A stretch of 48,341 nt of DNA, counting the filler, from Catajapyx aquilonaris (lineage: Eukaryota), in the NCBI GenBank assembly GCA_000934665.2. It is 2 parts of 2 records of this genome, joined end to end, with 100 filler letters (N's around TTAATTAATTAA, not from the genome) between each part and the next. Parts side by side here need not be neighbours in the genome. Positions count along the whole stretch, not along the records: positions 24,227 to 48,341 come from JYFJ02005568.1; 1 more part is not named here. The stretch is one strand, 5' to 3'. Every line of letters starts with the position of its first letter. Position 1 is the first letter of the stretch. The notes below the pieces were generated by a model. That model had not been told where the DNA came from and ran no database searches. It saw only the letters and a program-made list of their open reading frames with translations. Position numbers and translations under genes: made by a program. This document shows positions 24,590 to 36,817 of this stretch, piece by piece.

Positions 24590-25506
24590 GGCACCACCAG
24601 ACCGCATCCCGTCGCCTTGCGACGAAGGAGGGCAGCAAAACCTCCAGGCTTCCAGATGGAACGCCTTCTACTTGCCGAATGAACAGGCTATGCTGGTTGT
24701 TGACATCGGCGTGTCCCAGCCATATCCTGGCAGGTATGTAAACCTTCAGCCACCAATCGCATCGCAGGGCACAGTAGCAGCTACTGTCATTGAGCGACAA
24801 GTAAACTGCAATTGGGTTAGTCACTAAGGGCTCTGAGAATGCAGTCCCCCCTAGATGCACTGCTATTTGACAATAACGCTTAAGCGCAATGGCTACTTCG
24901 CAAATGATTGTACATCTCCGTAATGAGGTGGCCTAGACATGATGACTCCTCTACATTAATTGATCCCCTGGTGCCCATTATGCCATTGGTACATGGCTGT
25001 CGGTGGGGATTGGATTCACCCTGTATATTAGCTCTAATTGTAATCACCAGAGGTTCAAAACTCAGCAAAGGTCGTCTCTGTATGTGTTACCATTTTAGAA
25101 TAAAAAAATACCAGCAATTACTTATGAAACAACCCACGCATAAATAAAATTAAAATACTGACATGGACGCTACTTCCATATATATATATCAAAAAGTAAT
25201 GACAAGGCACAAGGATGATACCAAATGAAAAAAAATCATAATTCAACTATCACTTATCAGTTGCAATTTCCATATAAATCAAAAAAATACTGCTATAGAT
25301 TGTACCAAACAAATGCAAAGAAAAACATGTGGGGTTTTGCAAGCGCAAGGGCTCATTGTCCCTGCTGCTGAACAACCTGACCCACAGCAGGATATAAATC
25401 TTCTCTTTGATCCAGTTCTTGTTGTACGGAGTGTACGTCTTGGTGGTGCTATGGTACCTACACAAAAATTGTCAATTAAATCATACTCCTATCTTGCTCT
25501 CAAATA

Positions 25507-26238
25507 TACACTTTTGAAAGATGCTTAATTTCTATTAGTTGGTGTGTGCAATGACAAGACAGACATAGAACCAAAAAGCACATTTTGAAGCTTTTATTGC
25601 ACACAGAAAAGTTGGTTCCGCACTTTGCCGCGAGCCACACGACAGGGCCACTCCACAAAATGGTGTCACCCGAACAGAAAGCGTTCTGTGTCCTGCAGTT
25701 TGCAAAGCTTGGTTCGGTAGTTGCTGTTCAGCAGGCCTTTCGGCGACAGTACGGAGGACGTTACGCCCCTCCCTACAATAATTCAACGGTGGTTCCAGAA
25801 GTTTCAGACTACGGAATGCCTTTGCAAGGGCAAGGATCGGTGGATAGGATGTGCACCGGTCAGCAAGGCCTGGTTTTTCTCCAGTGGCCTCCAAGGTCTC
25901 CCGACCTCACCCCGTGTGACTTTTTCCTCTGGGGGTAAGTAAAGGACCAAGTCTTCGTACCACGACTACCTACCAGCCTGTGAGTTGAAACGCAGGATTG
26001 CTTGGTGCTGCTGTGGAATCAATCACACCAGACATACTGGCCAGGGTGTGCAGAGAATTGGACTATCTTCTTGATATGTGTCGTGTGACGACAAGTGCTC
26101 ATATTGAGCACTTGTAGTGTGTGCAATAACTTCAAAATGTGCTCTTTTGATCGTTCTGTGTCTGTCTTGTCATTGCACACTGCAACTAATAGAAATTAAG
26201 CAACTTTCAAAAGTTGTCAATCATTTAGGGACACCCTG
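25507..26238 (+). mobile_element. Internally deleted Tc1/mariner-superfamily element (maT/rosa-like)
   Basis: MVSPEQKAFCVLQFAK..SVVAVQQAFRRQYG N-terminus joined to WPPRSPDLTPCDFFLWG; about 100-bp inverted arms; right end GACACCCTG|TA. Confidence 0.88.
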
Positions 26239-26805
26239 TACTTACACAAGGCAAGCGAGATCACCCATGCTGTCGATGAAGTTAAACAGCTGGGTAACGT
26301 CATATGTGATCTTCAGCTGATTCGGATACTGGTGCTTCAGATGCTCCTCGTACATCTTACAAACACCTGCAAATGCAAGCGCTTAAATATTGCTCTAAAG
26401 CGATTACCAAAATGTACTACTTACCTTCGATGCAATCATTCACACTCTCATAATCACAGTAAGTCCTGCTATTCGCAGTATTGGCCTGGACAAGCAGGAT
26501 TGTATGACTCTGTAATGAGCATTTTATGTAATTATTTTGGCTGTATGTAACTTTATGCAATTGCGCTCATGGCGAAGAAACAATTATTATTATTACTGAT
26601 AATAACTCACCATGTTGAATGTTCGAGTGGTGCTCACACTTCCAGAAGCTTAGATCCTGCAAGTTTCGAACAGAATAGAATCAAAATCGAACTAAATAGA
26701 AGAGAATAGAACCAGCATTACCGCAGCTTTCTCGACCTTTCTCTTGGAAAGCTTACATTCCAATGACCATAGATTTCACTTACAGCTTATAGCTTATATC
26801 TAAAG

Positions 26806-27157
26806 CAGGGGCGGATCCAGACTTTCGATTTGGGGGGGGTCATGCCGTCATGGTCCTTTCGGACCGTTCTGTACCATACCACAGACTTGGTGGCGATTGC
26901 GAGGCGGGACGGGGGCATAAGTCGAAAAGGGCGGGGAGCAAGAGCGCCGCAGGCGAAATTTTTTGGGGGGGTCAAGGTCACACGAGCTTAGTTGAATGTA
27001 GGAGATTTGAATGGGTGTGTACAGTATTTGATGAAATTGGTAGCACTTTTTCCCAAAAATCATCCTAATTTGCAGATAAAAATTTAGAAAATATTTCACT
27101 TTCCATGGTTTGGGGGGGGTCATGACCCCCGTGACCCCCCCCTTGGATCCGCCCCTG
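26806..27157. mobile_element. hAT MITE
   Basis: TIR CAGGGGCGGATCCA / TGGATCCGCCCCTG; perfect 8-bp TSD ATCTAAAG (26798-26805/27158-27165). Confidence 0.93.
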
Positions 27158-27713
27158 ATCTAAAGTCGGATAGTGACAATTAAAATTAAGGCGCGATTAT
27201 TTGAATTCGTCTGGAACAAATAAAATAGACAATACTGCCACAATAATGCACAATACACAGTTAAAATGGACGCTTATCTTTATTGCAACGCATAAGACAC
27301 AAAATGAGATTTGCTTAGTGGTGATATCATAATGACATCAGAATGATTAGCAAACAGGAACAATAAACGACAGGGTGTCCCACCACAAGTCTGGACTCAC
27401 AGGAGTTTATTACATTATTGTTGTCAATTTGTCATATACAGTAAAACTTCTATAAGTCGAACTTCCCTAAGTCGAAGCTCTCTACAAGTCGAAGATAATG
27501 ATGAGCTTGGTTGGTCACAATGTAAAATAATAGAAAATAAACTTCCCTAACTCGAATTTCTATAACTCGAAGTTCTCCATAACTCGAAGTGCAGGCAGGG
27601 CTTTAAGATGGGATATCAATGCATTTTCAGTCTCCCTAAGTCGAAGTTCATGTTGGTGAGTACAGAAAATTGTCTCATTTCCCAGCCGAAGGGTCGAGAG
27701 TAGGTCGCATGTA

Positions 27714-27854
27714 CTATCAGTCCACCAAGAATTGTCGCAGCGGCAGCGCACAAACTACAGTCTACGAGCACTTCTCCACTGACTTCTCCCCCCGGAAGTG
27801 CTCGTAACTGTAGTTCGTGCACTGCCGCTGCGACAATTCTTGGTGGACTGATAG
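27714..27854. mobile_element. 141-bp hairpin MITE inserted at GTAC
   Basis: CTATCAGTCCACCAAGAATTGTCGCAGCGGCAG and its perfect inverse; empty site CATGTACAGAAAGG seen in the 32428 copy. Confidence 0.9.
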
Positions 27855-27896
27855 TACAGAAAGGCTCAATTTCCTGATCTCAGTCTACCAGACGTA

Positions 27897-27999
27897 CTAT
27901 ATTGCTCAAAAACATATAGAGACGATTTCGCATTTGACTCATGTGCAGACTGCACTTGAATCAAATGCAAAATCGTCTCTATGTTTTTGAGCGATATAG
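27897..27999. mobile_element. About 100-bp hairpin MITE inserted at GTAC (same family as 3347-3447)
   Basis: Inverted arms; empty site CCAGATGTACCGAAAGAAG seen in the 32428 copy. Confidence 0.88.
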
Positions 28000-28349
28000 T
28001 ACCTAAAGAAGGGTTTGACTAGATCCTTGAATGTAAGAGGGAATTTTTTACAACAAAACAACGAGGAACATTGTAAGTGATAGTTATTTTTAAGTTATGA
28101 ACACCTTTCCTTGCTGGATAGGTAGGCTTCCTTATAGAGTTATGCGCTTTAAAAAATTCCAAACTTCTCTAACTCGAATCTTCTATAACTCGAAGTTTTT
28201 CCCTGGTCCCATGGAGATTCGACTTATAGAAGATTTACTGTATATGGTACAATATTATGACGTACAGTACAGTGTGAACAATAATGCAATAGGAAACTCC
28301 TATGGGTCCAGACTTGCGGGACACCCTGTACATAGTTTAAAACAACTGG

Positions 28350-28935
<586 letters not shown>

Positions 28936-28991
28936 CTAATACTTTCGATAATCGCTATCTAGTACAGTATTATTCTCGGAAAGAGTAGGCA

Positions 28992-29165
28992 CCTTACTGG
29001 AGTGCGGGAGACGGCAGGGTGAGTGGTGGCTGGGGGTATCTTGGCTGTGTTGCAAAGGCAAGGATGCAAGGATTGATTTTTTGAATTTTGGAAGGGGTAT
29101 GCTGTACCAACCTAACCTAACCAAGCCTAACCTTCCTTCCTTGCAGGTACAGACCTATCTTCAGC

Positions 29166-29235
<70 letters not shown>

Positions 29236-29607
29236 GACACCCCGTGACAGGCCTCTTGGGGCCTCTTAGGGGATCATCATTTAAATACCGACTTTAATCA
29301 TTGCCTGCGCTGTGATGGATTTTGATAGTGGGAGGAAAGGGAGAACCCCGAGAAAACCCACGCGAACACGGAGAGAACCCATCGAAACTCTATAGACATA
29401 AGTATCCTCCGTCTGACCCGGGGATCGAACTCGGGACCTTAGAGGTGGAAGGCTGTGGCGCTAACCACTCCGCCACCGTGTCGCCCTATCTTCAGCTATA
29501 CAGACCAATCTTCAGCGGATACACACCTATCCTTTATCCTTGCCTTTGCGACACAGCCCGCTGCCCCCACCGACTACTACCCTCCCGCCTCCCGCATGCC
29601 AGTAAGG
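28992..29607. mobile_element. Foldback MITE in WDR5-like intron 5, with a nested SINE
   Basis: CCTTACTGG..TGCGGGAG..GCAAAGGCAAGGAT / ATCCTTGCCTTTGC..CTCCCGCA..CCAGTAAGG. Confidence 0.7.
29170..29486 (-). mobile_element. tRNA-derived SINE, family C
   Basis: Head GGGCGACACGGTGGCGGAGTGGTTAG..GAGTTCGATCCCC; long (TTA)n tail; TSD TATCTTCAGCTATA (29156-29169/29487-29500). Confidence 0.92.
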
Positions 29608-29703
29608 CCAACTCTATCCAATAATTCAATATAATTATAACATGCTCTTCTACAAATATATAATTTTAGATTCTTTTTATATTTCAAAGAAGAGGCTACA
29701 TAC

Positions 29704-29985
<282 letters not shown>

Positions 29986-30059
29986 CTGATAAAAATACAA
30001 AACATAAGATATAAAATAATCCTCAGCCAATATGCTATGCGATGCTATGCATAGCAAGA

Positions 30060-30370
30060 GGAATGGAAGTGCCAAGAATAATAAAAATTAATAATTGAAA
30101 GCATGCATGAGCAAAACTCTGCAAAATGAAGCAACAGAAAGTGTCAAAATTAATAAAAATTCATAACAATTGAAGGCACCGTATTAGCAAAATTCTAAAA
30201 CAAAGCAACACAAAGTGCCAAAAGCGATAAAAATTGATATTTGACAGGGCCGTCTTAGCAAAATTCTGCAAAACAAATTGACAGAAATTGCCAAAAATAA
30301 TGTAAATTAATAATAATTGAAAGGACCGTATTAGCAAACCTCTGTAAAACGAAGGGACACACTGTAAAGC
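30060..30370. repeat. Degenerate tandem repeat, about 70-77-bp unit, about 4 copies (WDR5-like intron 3)
   Basis: Recurring TTGA..G..CCGT.TTAGCAAAA.TCT..AAAAC...AAGTGCCAAAA. Confidence 0.7.
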
Positions 30371-30449
30371 AAGATACATATGCCTGTAATTCTCAGAATC
30401 ATGATTTTTGCTGTATTTTTAGTGTTCCTTCAAAGTAAATGTTTCTTAC

Positions 30450-30790
<341 letters not shown>

Positions 30791-30967
30791 TTAATTACAA
30801 TACTAATTACAGTATGGAATGCTTATGATCACCGGCTTGTGTCCCAATGTCTCACCCTGCATGTCGTCAACGTGTCTCTGGAGTAACTGGAGCCTTTCGT
30901 GTGTTCCATTTTGTCCAGATTTTTCTTCCAAAACTGATAGGAAGTGAGACTAGACAGGAAGTGGAGG

Positions 30968-30985
30968 GTTGCCATCTAGTGCTGG
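30968..30985 (-). promoter_or_regulatory. CTCF-like motif about 60 bp upstream of the WDR5-like ATG
   Basis: Minus strand CCAGCACTAGATGGCAAC resembles the CTCF core CCASYAGRKGGC; motif match only. Confidence 0.4.
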
Positions 30986-31796
30986 AGATCTAAGGCTGGT
31001 TTGAAAAGTGCGTAGATGCTGCCATCTTACAGAGAAAACTATGACTCATGTTAGGTTAGGTTGGATGAACGTTATTTAAAAAAATTAATAGTACTGGTAT
31101 GTAAAATATTATTTTGCTCTCCTGGATCGTCTACATTTCAGAGAAAGCACCTGCATAAGACTTGCTAACTGTCAATCTCGCTCAACTTTATTAGGTGTGC
31201 GGTATAATAGGCCTGCTCTCTTTCGCCTCCGTCAAATCATGCACACTTGTGCTGCAGCATCGGAATCTTTGTTCCACATGGCGGCATGGAGACTTAAAAT
31301 TCCAGAGGATGTGAACCTTGACTTGAATACCTAAGGGAAATAAACGGCATTAATTGTGATGGATGAGTCGTTTGAATATGAGGCCTCAGGGAGGGGATTC
31401 ACAAAGGGTCGCAAATATGAGCATGCCCAATCGCTCAGTTGGCTCCTATAGGTATAAAGAAATATTCAAACAGGCTTAAATGCAACTTTATTGCAAATTA
31501 CAGGTCTCCACCTCAACCTGCTGGCTACCCTTAGCCATCATCAGTTCTTAATTGATTGGCTAGAAATATTATTGTTGTATGGACTGAGTTCTCGTGGAAT
31601 TATTACTTTCTTCCAGAGAAGACTCAGCTGCTCTTCCTTCTGGGCCAGCACCCAGCAGCCTCTCTCAGATGTCATTCATCTTCCTGTAAAAATACATGGC
31701 ATAGGCCATAGGATATAGTTATGCCGAAGTAAATCACTTATGATGCGTAAAGTTGTACCTGTTTGTGATTCTACTCCAAGATGTCTAATCATAATA

Positions 31797-32373
31797 CAGT
31801 AAAACTTCTATAAGTCGAATCTCCATGGGACCAGGAAAAAACTTCGAGTTATAGCAGATTCAAGTTAGAGAAGTTTGGAATTTTTTAAGCGCATAACTCT
31901 ATAAGGAAGCCTACCTTCATATCCAGCGACGAAAGGTGTTCATAACTTTAAAATAACTATAACTTGCAATGTTCCGCGTTGTTTTGTTGTAAAAAAAACT
32001 CCTTTATGGACATTTGCCTACTCTTAGATTCAATGATCCAGTCAAACCCTTCTTTAGGTATGTCTGGTAGACTGAGATCAGGAAATTGAGCCTTTCTGTA
32101 CAAGTGATCTACTCTCGACCCTTCGGCTGGGAAATGACAAAATTTTCTGTACTCGCGAACATGAACTTCGACTTAGGGAGACTGAAAATGCATTGATATC
32201 CCCTCGTAAGGCCCTGCCTGCACTTCGAGTTATGGAGAACTTCGAGTTATAGAAATTCAAGTTAGGGAAGTTTATTTACTATTATTTTACATTGGGACCA
32301 ACCGAGCTCCTCATTTTCTTCGACTTACAGAGAACTTCGACTAAGGGAAGTTTGACTTATAGAAGTTTTACTG
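31797..32373 (-). mobile_element. pogo/Tigger-like MITE, copy 3
   Basis: Same TIRs, reverse orientation. Confidence 0.92.
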
Positions 32374-32427
32374 GATTAAACGCCAGTATCAAAATTTGGC
32401 CGGCATAATCACATGTTCTTCTTCATA

Positions 32428-33000
32428 CAGTAAAACTTCTATAAGTTGAACTTCCCTAAGTGGAAGTTCTCTATAAGTCGAAGAAAATGATGAGCTTGGT
32501 TGGTCACCCTAACTCGAATTTCTATAACTCGAAGTGCTCCATAACTCGAAGTGCAGGCAGGGCCTTACAATGGGATATCAATGCATTTTCAGTCTCCCTA
32601 AGTCGAAGTTCATGTTGGTGGGTACCGAAAATTGTCTCATTTCCCAGCCGAAGGGTCGAGAGTAGGCCACATGTACAGAAAGGCTCAATTTCCTGACCTC
32701 CGTCCACCAGATGTACCGAAAGAAGTGTTTGACGCGATTGTGACAATTGAATCCTTGAATCTAAGAGTAGGCAAATGTCCATAACTGAGATTTCTTTTAC
32801 ACCAAAACAACAAGGAACATTGTAAGTGTGATAGTGACAGTTATTTTTAAGTTTTGAACACCTTCCGTCGCTGGATAGAAAGGTAGGCTTCCTTATAGAG
32901 TTATGTGCTTTAAAAAATCCAAACTTATCTAACTCAAATCTTCTATAACTCGAAGTTTTTTTCCAGTCCCATGGAGATTCGACTTATAGAAGTTTTACTG
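32428..33000 (+). mobile_element. pogo/Tigger-like MITE, copy 4
   Basis: TA|CAGTAAAACTTC ... GAAGTTTTACTG|TA. Confidence 0.92.
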
Positions 33001-34074
33001 TATCTTTTGCTTGCTCCGTTGGATACATTGCGACACTAGCATCATTTATTTTAATCTCCTTTTCCTCCATCCTTTACGTCCAATGACTGAAAGACACATG
33101 TCATTGATAAGTAATATTCCGACTAAAATGTACACGCCATATATGGTCCATAATATTTTCAACACACATTGTACAAGGTTCTTTTAGAACCAACTTCCTT
33201 CCTAGTGTCTTGTAAAGGTTAAAGATGTCGCTGGGTTTATTTTTAAGGCTGTGTTTACATATGAGCGATTTTCTCAGCCATGAGCATTGCTGAGAAATTG
33301 TTTAGAGTGAAAGCAACAATAGCGTTTCGCTTCCAAACAATTGATTTCATCGCTGCACATCCCTGATCAAATGGCCCACATGTAGCTTACATGTGACCTA
33401 ATTTATCTTTGTGGGAAAAACCGAGGGTTTACCATTCCTGTCACAAAGGTACCTCACTGATTTCTTCACTATGAAGCAGGGTTGTGAACCAAACTAAACC
33501 CTTGTTCCGTGAACCCAATAACATTGAACCCGTTCCGAAGCAGTAGAGTCGGGTTCAGAGCGAGCGTCGGAACGGGTTCAGGTTCAAACCGGTTAAGGGA
33601 GAGAGTGGAGCCAAGGTCGGAGTGGGTTCGGGGTTCGGTTCAGGCCAATGGGTTCAGGAGCGGATTCGGGGTTCGGTTCAGGCCAACAGGTTCAGGAGCG
33701 GGTTCAGAGTGGGTTAGGAGCGGTTCAGAGCGGTTCAGAGCGGTTCAGAGCTTGGTTAGGTACAACATACCAACCCAACAGGGGGAAAGGCAGTAAAACC
33801 GCTGGATTTACTCCAGAGTAAGCATCATGTTTTCATGGTGGGAGAATGACATTTCCGAGCACTCGCGATACAGGGTGTACTGCAGATGTCACATTTTCAT
33901 GTCATACGCATTTTTGTACATTACAATATGTCATACGCATTTTTGTATGCCACAATATGTCAGAGGCCTACCCATTGTTTGGATGTCACATTCTCATGTC
34001 ATACGCATTTGTTGTATGTCACATTTTTATGTCTTAGGCATTTTTTGTATGTTACAATAATAACAATATTGATG

Positions 34075-34418
34075 GATTGATTGGTTGATTGATAGGGTAT
34101 TCGGCTAGCCCCACAGGGGCCTTCTGCCAGACCTTTATTTAGATGGTGTACAATTTTTGGGAATCCTATTTTTGAAGCGCTCGGGCCCACGGGCAGGATG
34201 ACAGGAGGGGATGTGCAAAGTGCAGTGAATCTGACACTGTGGCCATTTTTAGTGAACTCCCCCGGGTGGTTTAGTCTGTAGGAAATACCACCCGAGACGA
34301 AGCCAGAGGTGACCCTGAACTCTGCACGAGATGAAGGGGGTGTCCCCAGGCTGGGATCGAGCCCGGGACCTTAACATCCGTGGGCGCGCACGTTACCGCG
34401 GCGCCACTCCGTCTCCCC
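34075..34418 (-). mobile_element. tRNA-derived SINE, family D, at the centre of the foldback
   Basis: Head GGGGAGACGGAGTGGCGCCGCGGTAAC..GGCTCGATCCC; core shared with the 35967 copy; (CAAT)n-like tail. Confidence 0.85.
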
Positions 34419-34478
34419 TACAATAATAATAATATCATATTATTGTAACATACAAACAGCATACAAAAATGCCTAAGA

Positions 34479-34645
34479 CATAAAAATGTGACATACAACC
34501 AATGCATATGACATAAAAATGTGACATACAACCAATGCATATGACATAAAAATGTGACATACAACCAATGCATATGACATAAAAATGTGACATACAACCA
34601 ATGCATATGACATAAAAATGTGACATACAACCAATGCATATGACA
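34479..34645. repeat. 33-bp tandem repeat, about 5 copies
   Basis: Unit CATAAAAATGTGACATACAACCAATGCATATGA. Confidence 0.92.
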
Positions 34646-35966
34646 TGAGAATGTGACATCCAAAAAATGGGTAGGCCTCTGACATATTGTGGCATACAAA
34701 AGTGCGTATGACATATTGTGGCATACAAAAATGCATATGACATGAAAATGTGACATCTGCGGTACACCCTGTATCGCGGGTGCTTGGAAATGTCATCCCA
34801 TGAAAACCACCATGAAAACATGATGCATACTCTGGAGTAAATCCAGCGGTTTTACTGCATTCCCCCCTGTTGGGTTGGTATGTTGTACCTAACCAAGCTC
34901 TGAAGTCTGAACCCCTCCGAACCTGCTCTGAACCCGCTCCGAACCCGCTCCTGAACCCGTTGGCCTGAACCGAACCCTGAACCCACTCCAACCTTGGCTC
35001 CACTCTCTCCCTGAACCGACTTGAACCTGAACCTATTCCGACGCTCACTCCAAACCCGACTCTACTGCTCCGGAGTGGGTTCAATGCTATCGGGTTCATG
35101 GAACAAGGGTTCGGTTCGGTTCACAACCCTGCTATTAAGGTATCCACATCGTGAAGGATTGCTTCAGACTTGATTTCCACAATTTCTTCTTCCTCTTCGC
35201 CATCAGTCATCCTCCAAGCATGTTGAGGGTTCTAGTTCTTCCTGCACCTTCCACATCTCCTGCTCAGCCTCTGGTCCACCCGACTCTTACTCCTTAACAC
35301 CCGTCTGGATTGTTACGGCCAAAGACATTGTCCTACAGTTAATGACAGCGCAGCACAATCTGAAACCTGAATGCAAATCAAAGACATATGTGGAGTGACC
35401 AATCAAAACGCAACAAAAGCCAAAATTCTCAAAATCGAGTTATAGGTGGTAGACCGTCCTTGAGGCTTGGGTCTACGTGAGTGTTAGATTGTGACATTTC
35501 TAAATGCAATATCTACCGTGTTATAAGGGCTGGAAAATGGAGTGTTGCTTCAAAATGCAATATGTGACCCATACCGGCTCCTTCAAAACGCAATATGCGC
35601 CAAGCAGCCAATGCAATGGGAGAGTGCAATGCGCAACTGTTACAAATGGCAGCCGATATCTTACCAACCCCATAGAGTAAGCTAACCAGCCCACACAGTA
35701 CTACAGTAGTTTGCAAAGTAGTTTGCTTTGGTGCAAGAGATGTGGGATGCTTTCAACATCTTTTGTTTACATGTCATCTCGGTCTTGGCTGAGATGAACA
35801 GCTAACTGGAGAAGATTTTGTAATATTGTATCTTATTTGTAATATTGTATTTTGTTTGATTTTGTACCTTGCTTGTATCTTGGTTAATAAATAGGGTACG
35901 AGAGGCTGTAGAGCCGCACTGGCTGGTCAGCCCTTTACACCCCTTTTAAAGTACTACAGTAGTACG

Positions 35967-36288
35967 AGGGGAGGAGAAGTGGTGCTGCGGTAACGTACAC
36001 GGATGTTAAGGTCCCGGGTTCGATCCCAACCCGGGGACACCCCCTTCATCTCGTGCAGAGTTCAGGGTCACCTCTGGCTTCGTCTCGGGTGGTATTTCCA
36101 CAGACTAAACCACCCGGGGGAGTTCACTAAAAATGGCCATGTTTAAGACATTGCACTGCACCTTGCACATCCCCTCCTGTCATCCTGCCCGTGGGCCCGG
36201 GCATTACGTATAAAGGCTCCAATGTACACGACAAAAATAAATAAAGATCTGTGCTACATACTTCTGATGAGGTCAGCACTACCCCGGA

Positions 36289-36345
<57 letters not shown>
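35967..36345 (+). mobile_element. tRNA-derived SINE, family D
   Basis: B box GGTTCGATCCC, (ATT)n tail, TSD TACTACAGTAGTACG (35952-35966/36346-36360). Confidence 0.92.
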
Positions 36346-36817
36346 TACTACAGTAGTACGTTTGTTGTTCTCATCGACTCGCTCCAACCCCAAAGGGTGT
36401 ATAAGTAACAAAAAATTTTTAAAAATATGGCTAATAATGTTCTCATGATTAGCATTATTGTGTTCAGATAATAATTAGTGTCAAGGATATGGTATCATGG
36501 TTCCTGCTGAAAGAAGATACTGAGAATTTATCACAGTTTAATAATACGTGTTATAATAATCGATCAAAACGCAACATTTGACATATGTAGCCTACCCAAT
36601 CAAAACGCAATAAGTCAAATTTTGATTAATTTTTTTCTCGTGACTAGACAATTCCTGATTTCATTAACATACACCATTAACCACCTCTGCATATGGGCAT
36701 AATGTACTGCACATTTTGTTTCTTGGTCGCATTCCATTTGGGAGCAATAGGTTTTTGTGTAGAATATTTCGAAATGGCTTTGTTGGCGTTTGTTGCGTTC
36801 TGATTGGTCACTCCTAT

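Larger units (their letters stand above)
27439..28240 (+). mobile_element. pogo/Tigger-like MITE, copy 2, carrying two nested hairpin MITEs
   Basis: TA|CAGTAAAACTTCTATAAGTCGAA ... TTCGACTTATAGAAGATTTACTG|TA. Confidence 0.92.
33477..35131. mobile_element. hAT-like foldback element with 600-700-bp inverted arms
   Basis: TIR CAGGGTTGTGAACC / GGTTCACAACCCTG; 8-bp TSD CTATGAAG / CTATTAAG (1 mismatch); GGTTC-rich subterminal repeats. Confidence 0.9.
31187..35366 (-). pseudogene. Probable decayed multi-exon gene (or lncRNA) interrupted by three DNA elements
   Basis: Acceptors at 35366, 33086, 31683 and 31330; donors at 33453 and 31759; AATAAA at 31187-31192. Acidic peptides with stops: MSLAVTIQTGVKE*ESGGPEAEQE.. 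and TDGEEEEEIVEIKSE.. in a shifted frame. Product not recognised. Confidence 0.35.

Noticed and set aside
24359..24827. Poly-Ile/poly-Leu ORFs resembling signal or TM segments (also 36127-36448 and 46601-46819)
   Set aside because: Read-through of (ATT)n microsatellite tails
29107..29132. CCTAA/TTAGG pentamers (also at about 31050)
   Set aside because: Only 2-4 imperfect units, one set inside a MITE; not an interstitial telomere
34418..35099. ORFs with repeated Cys/His 11-mers (HWLYVTFLCHM) and mirror ORFs at 33509-34080; superficially CRISPR-like periodicity
   Set aside because: Translation of a 33-bp minisatellite in a foldback TE; there are no unique spacers and no cas genes
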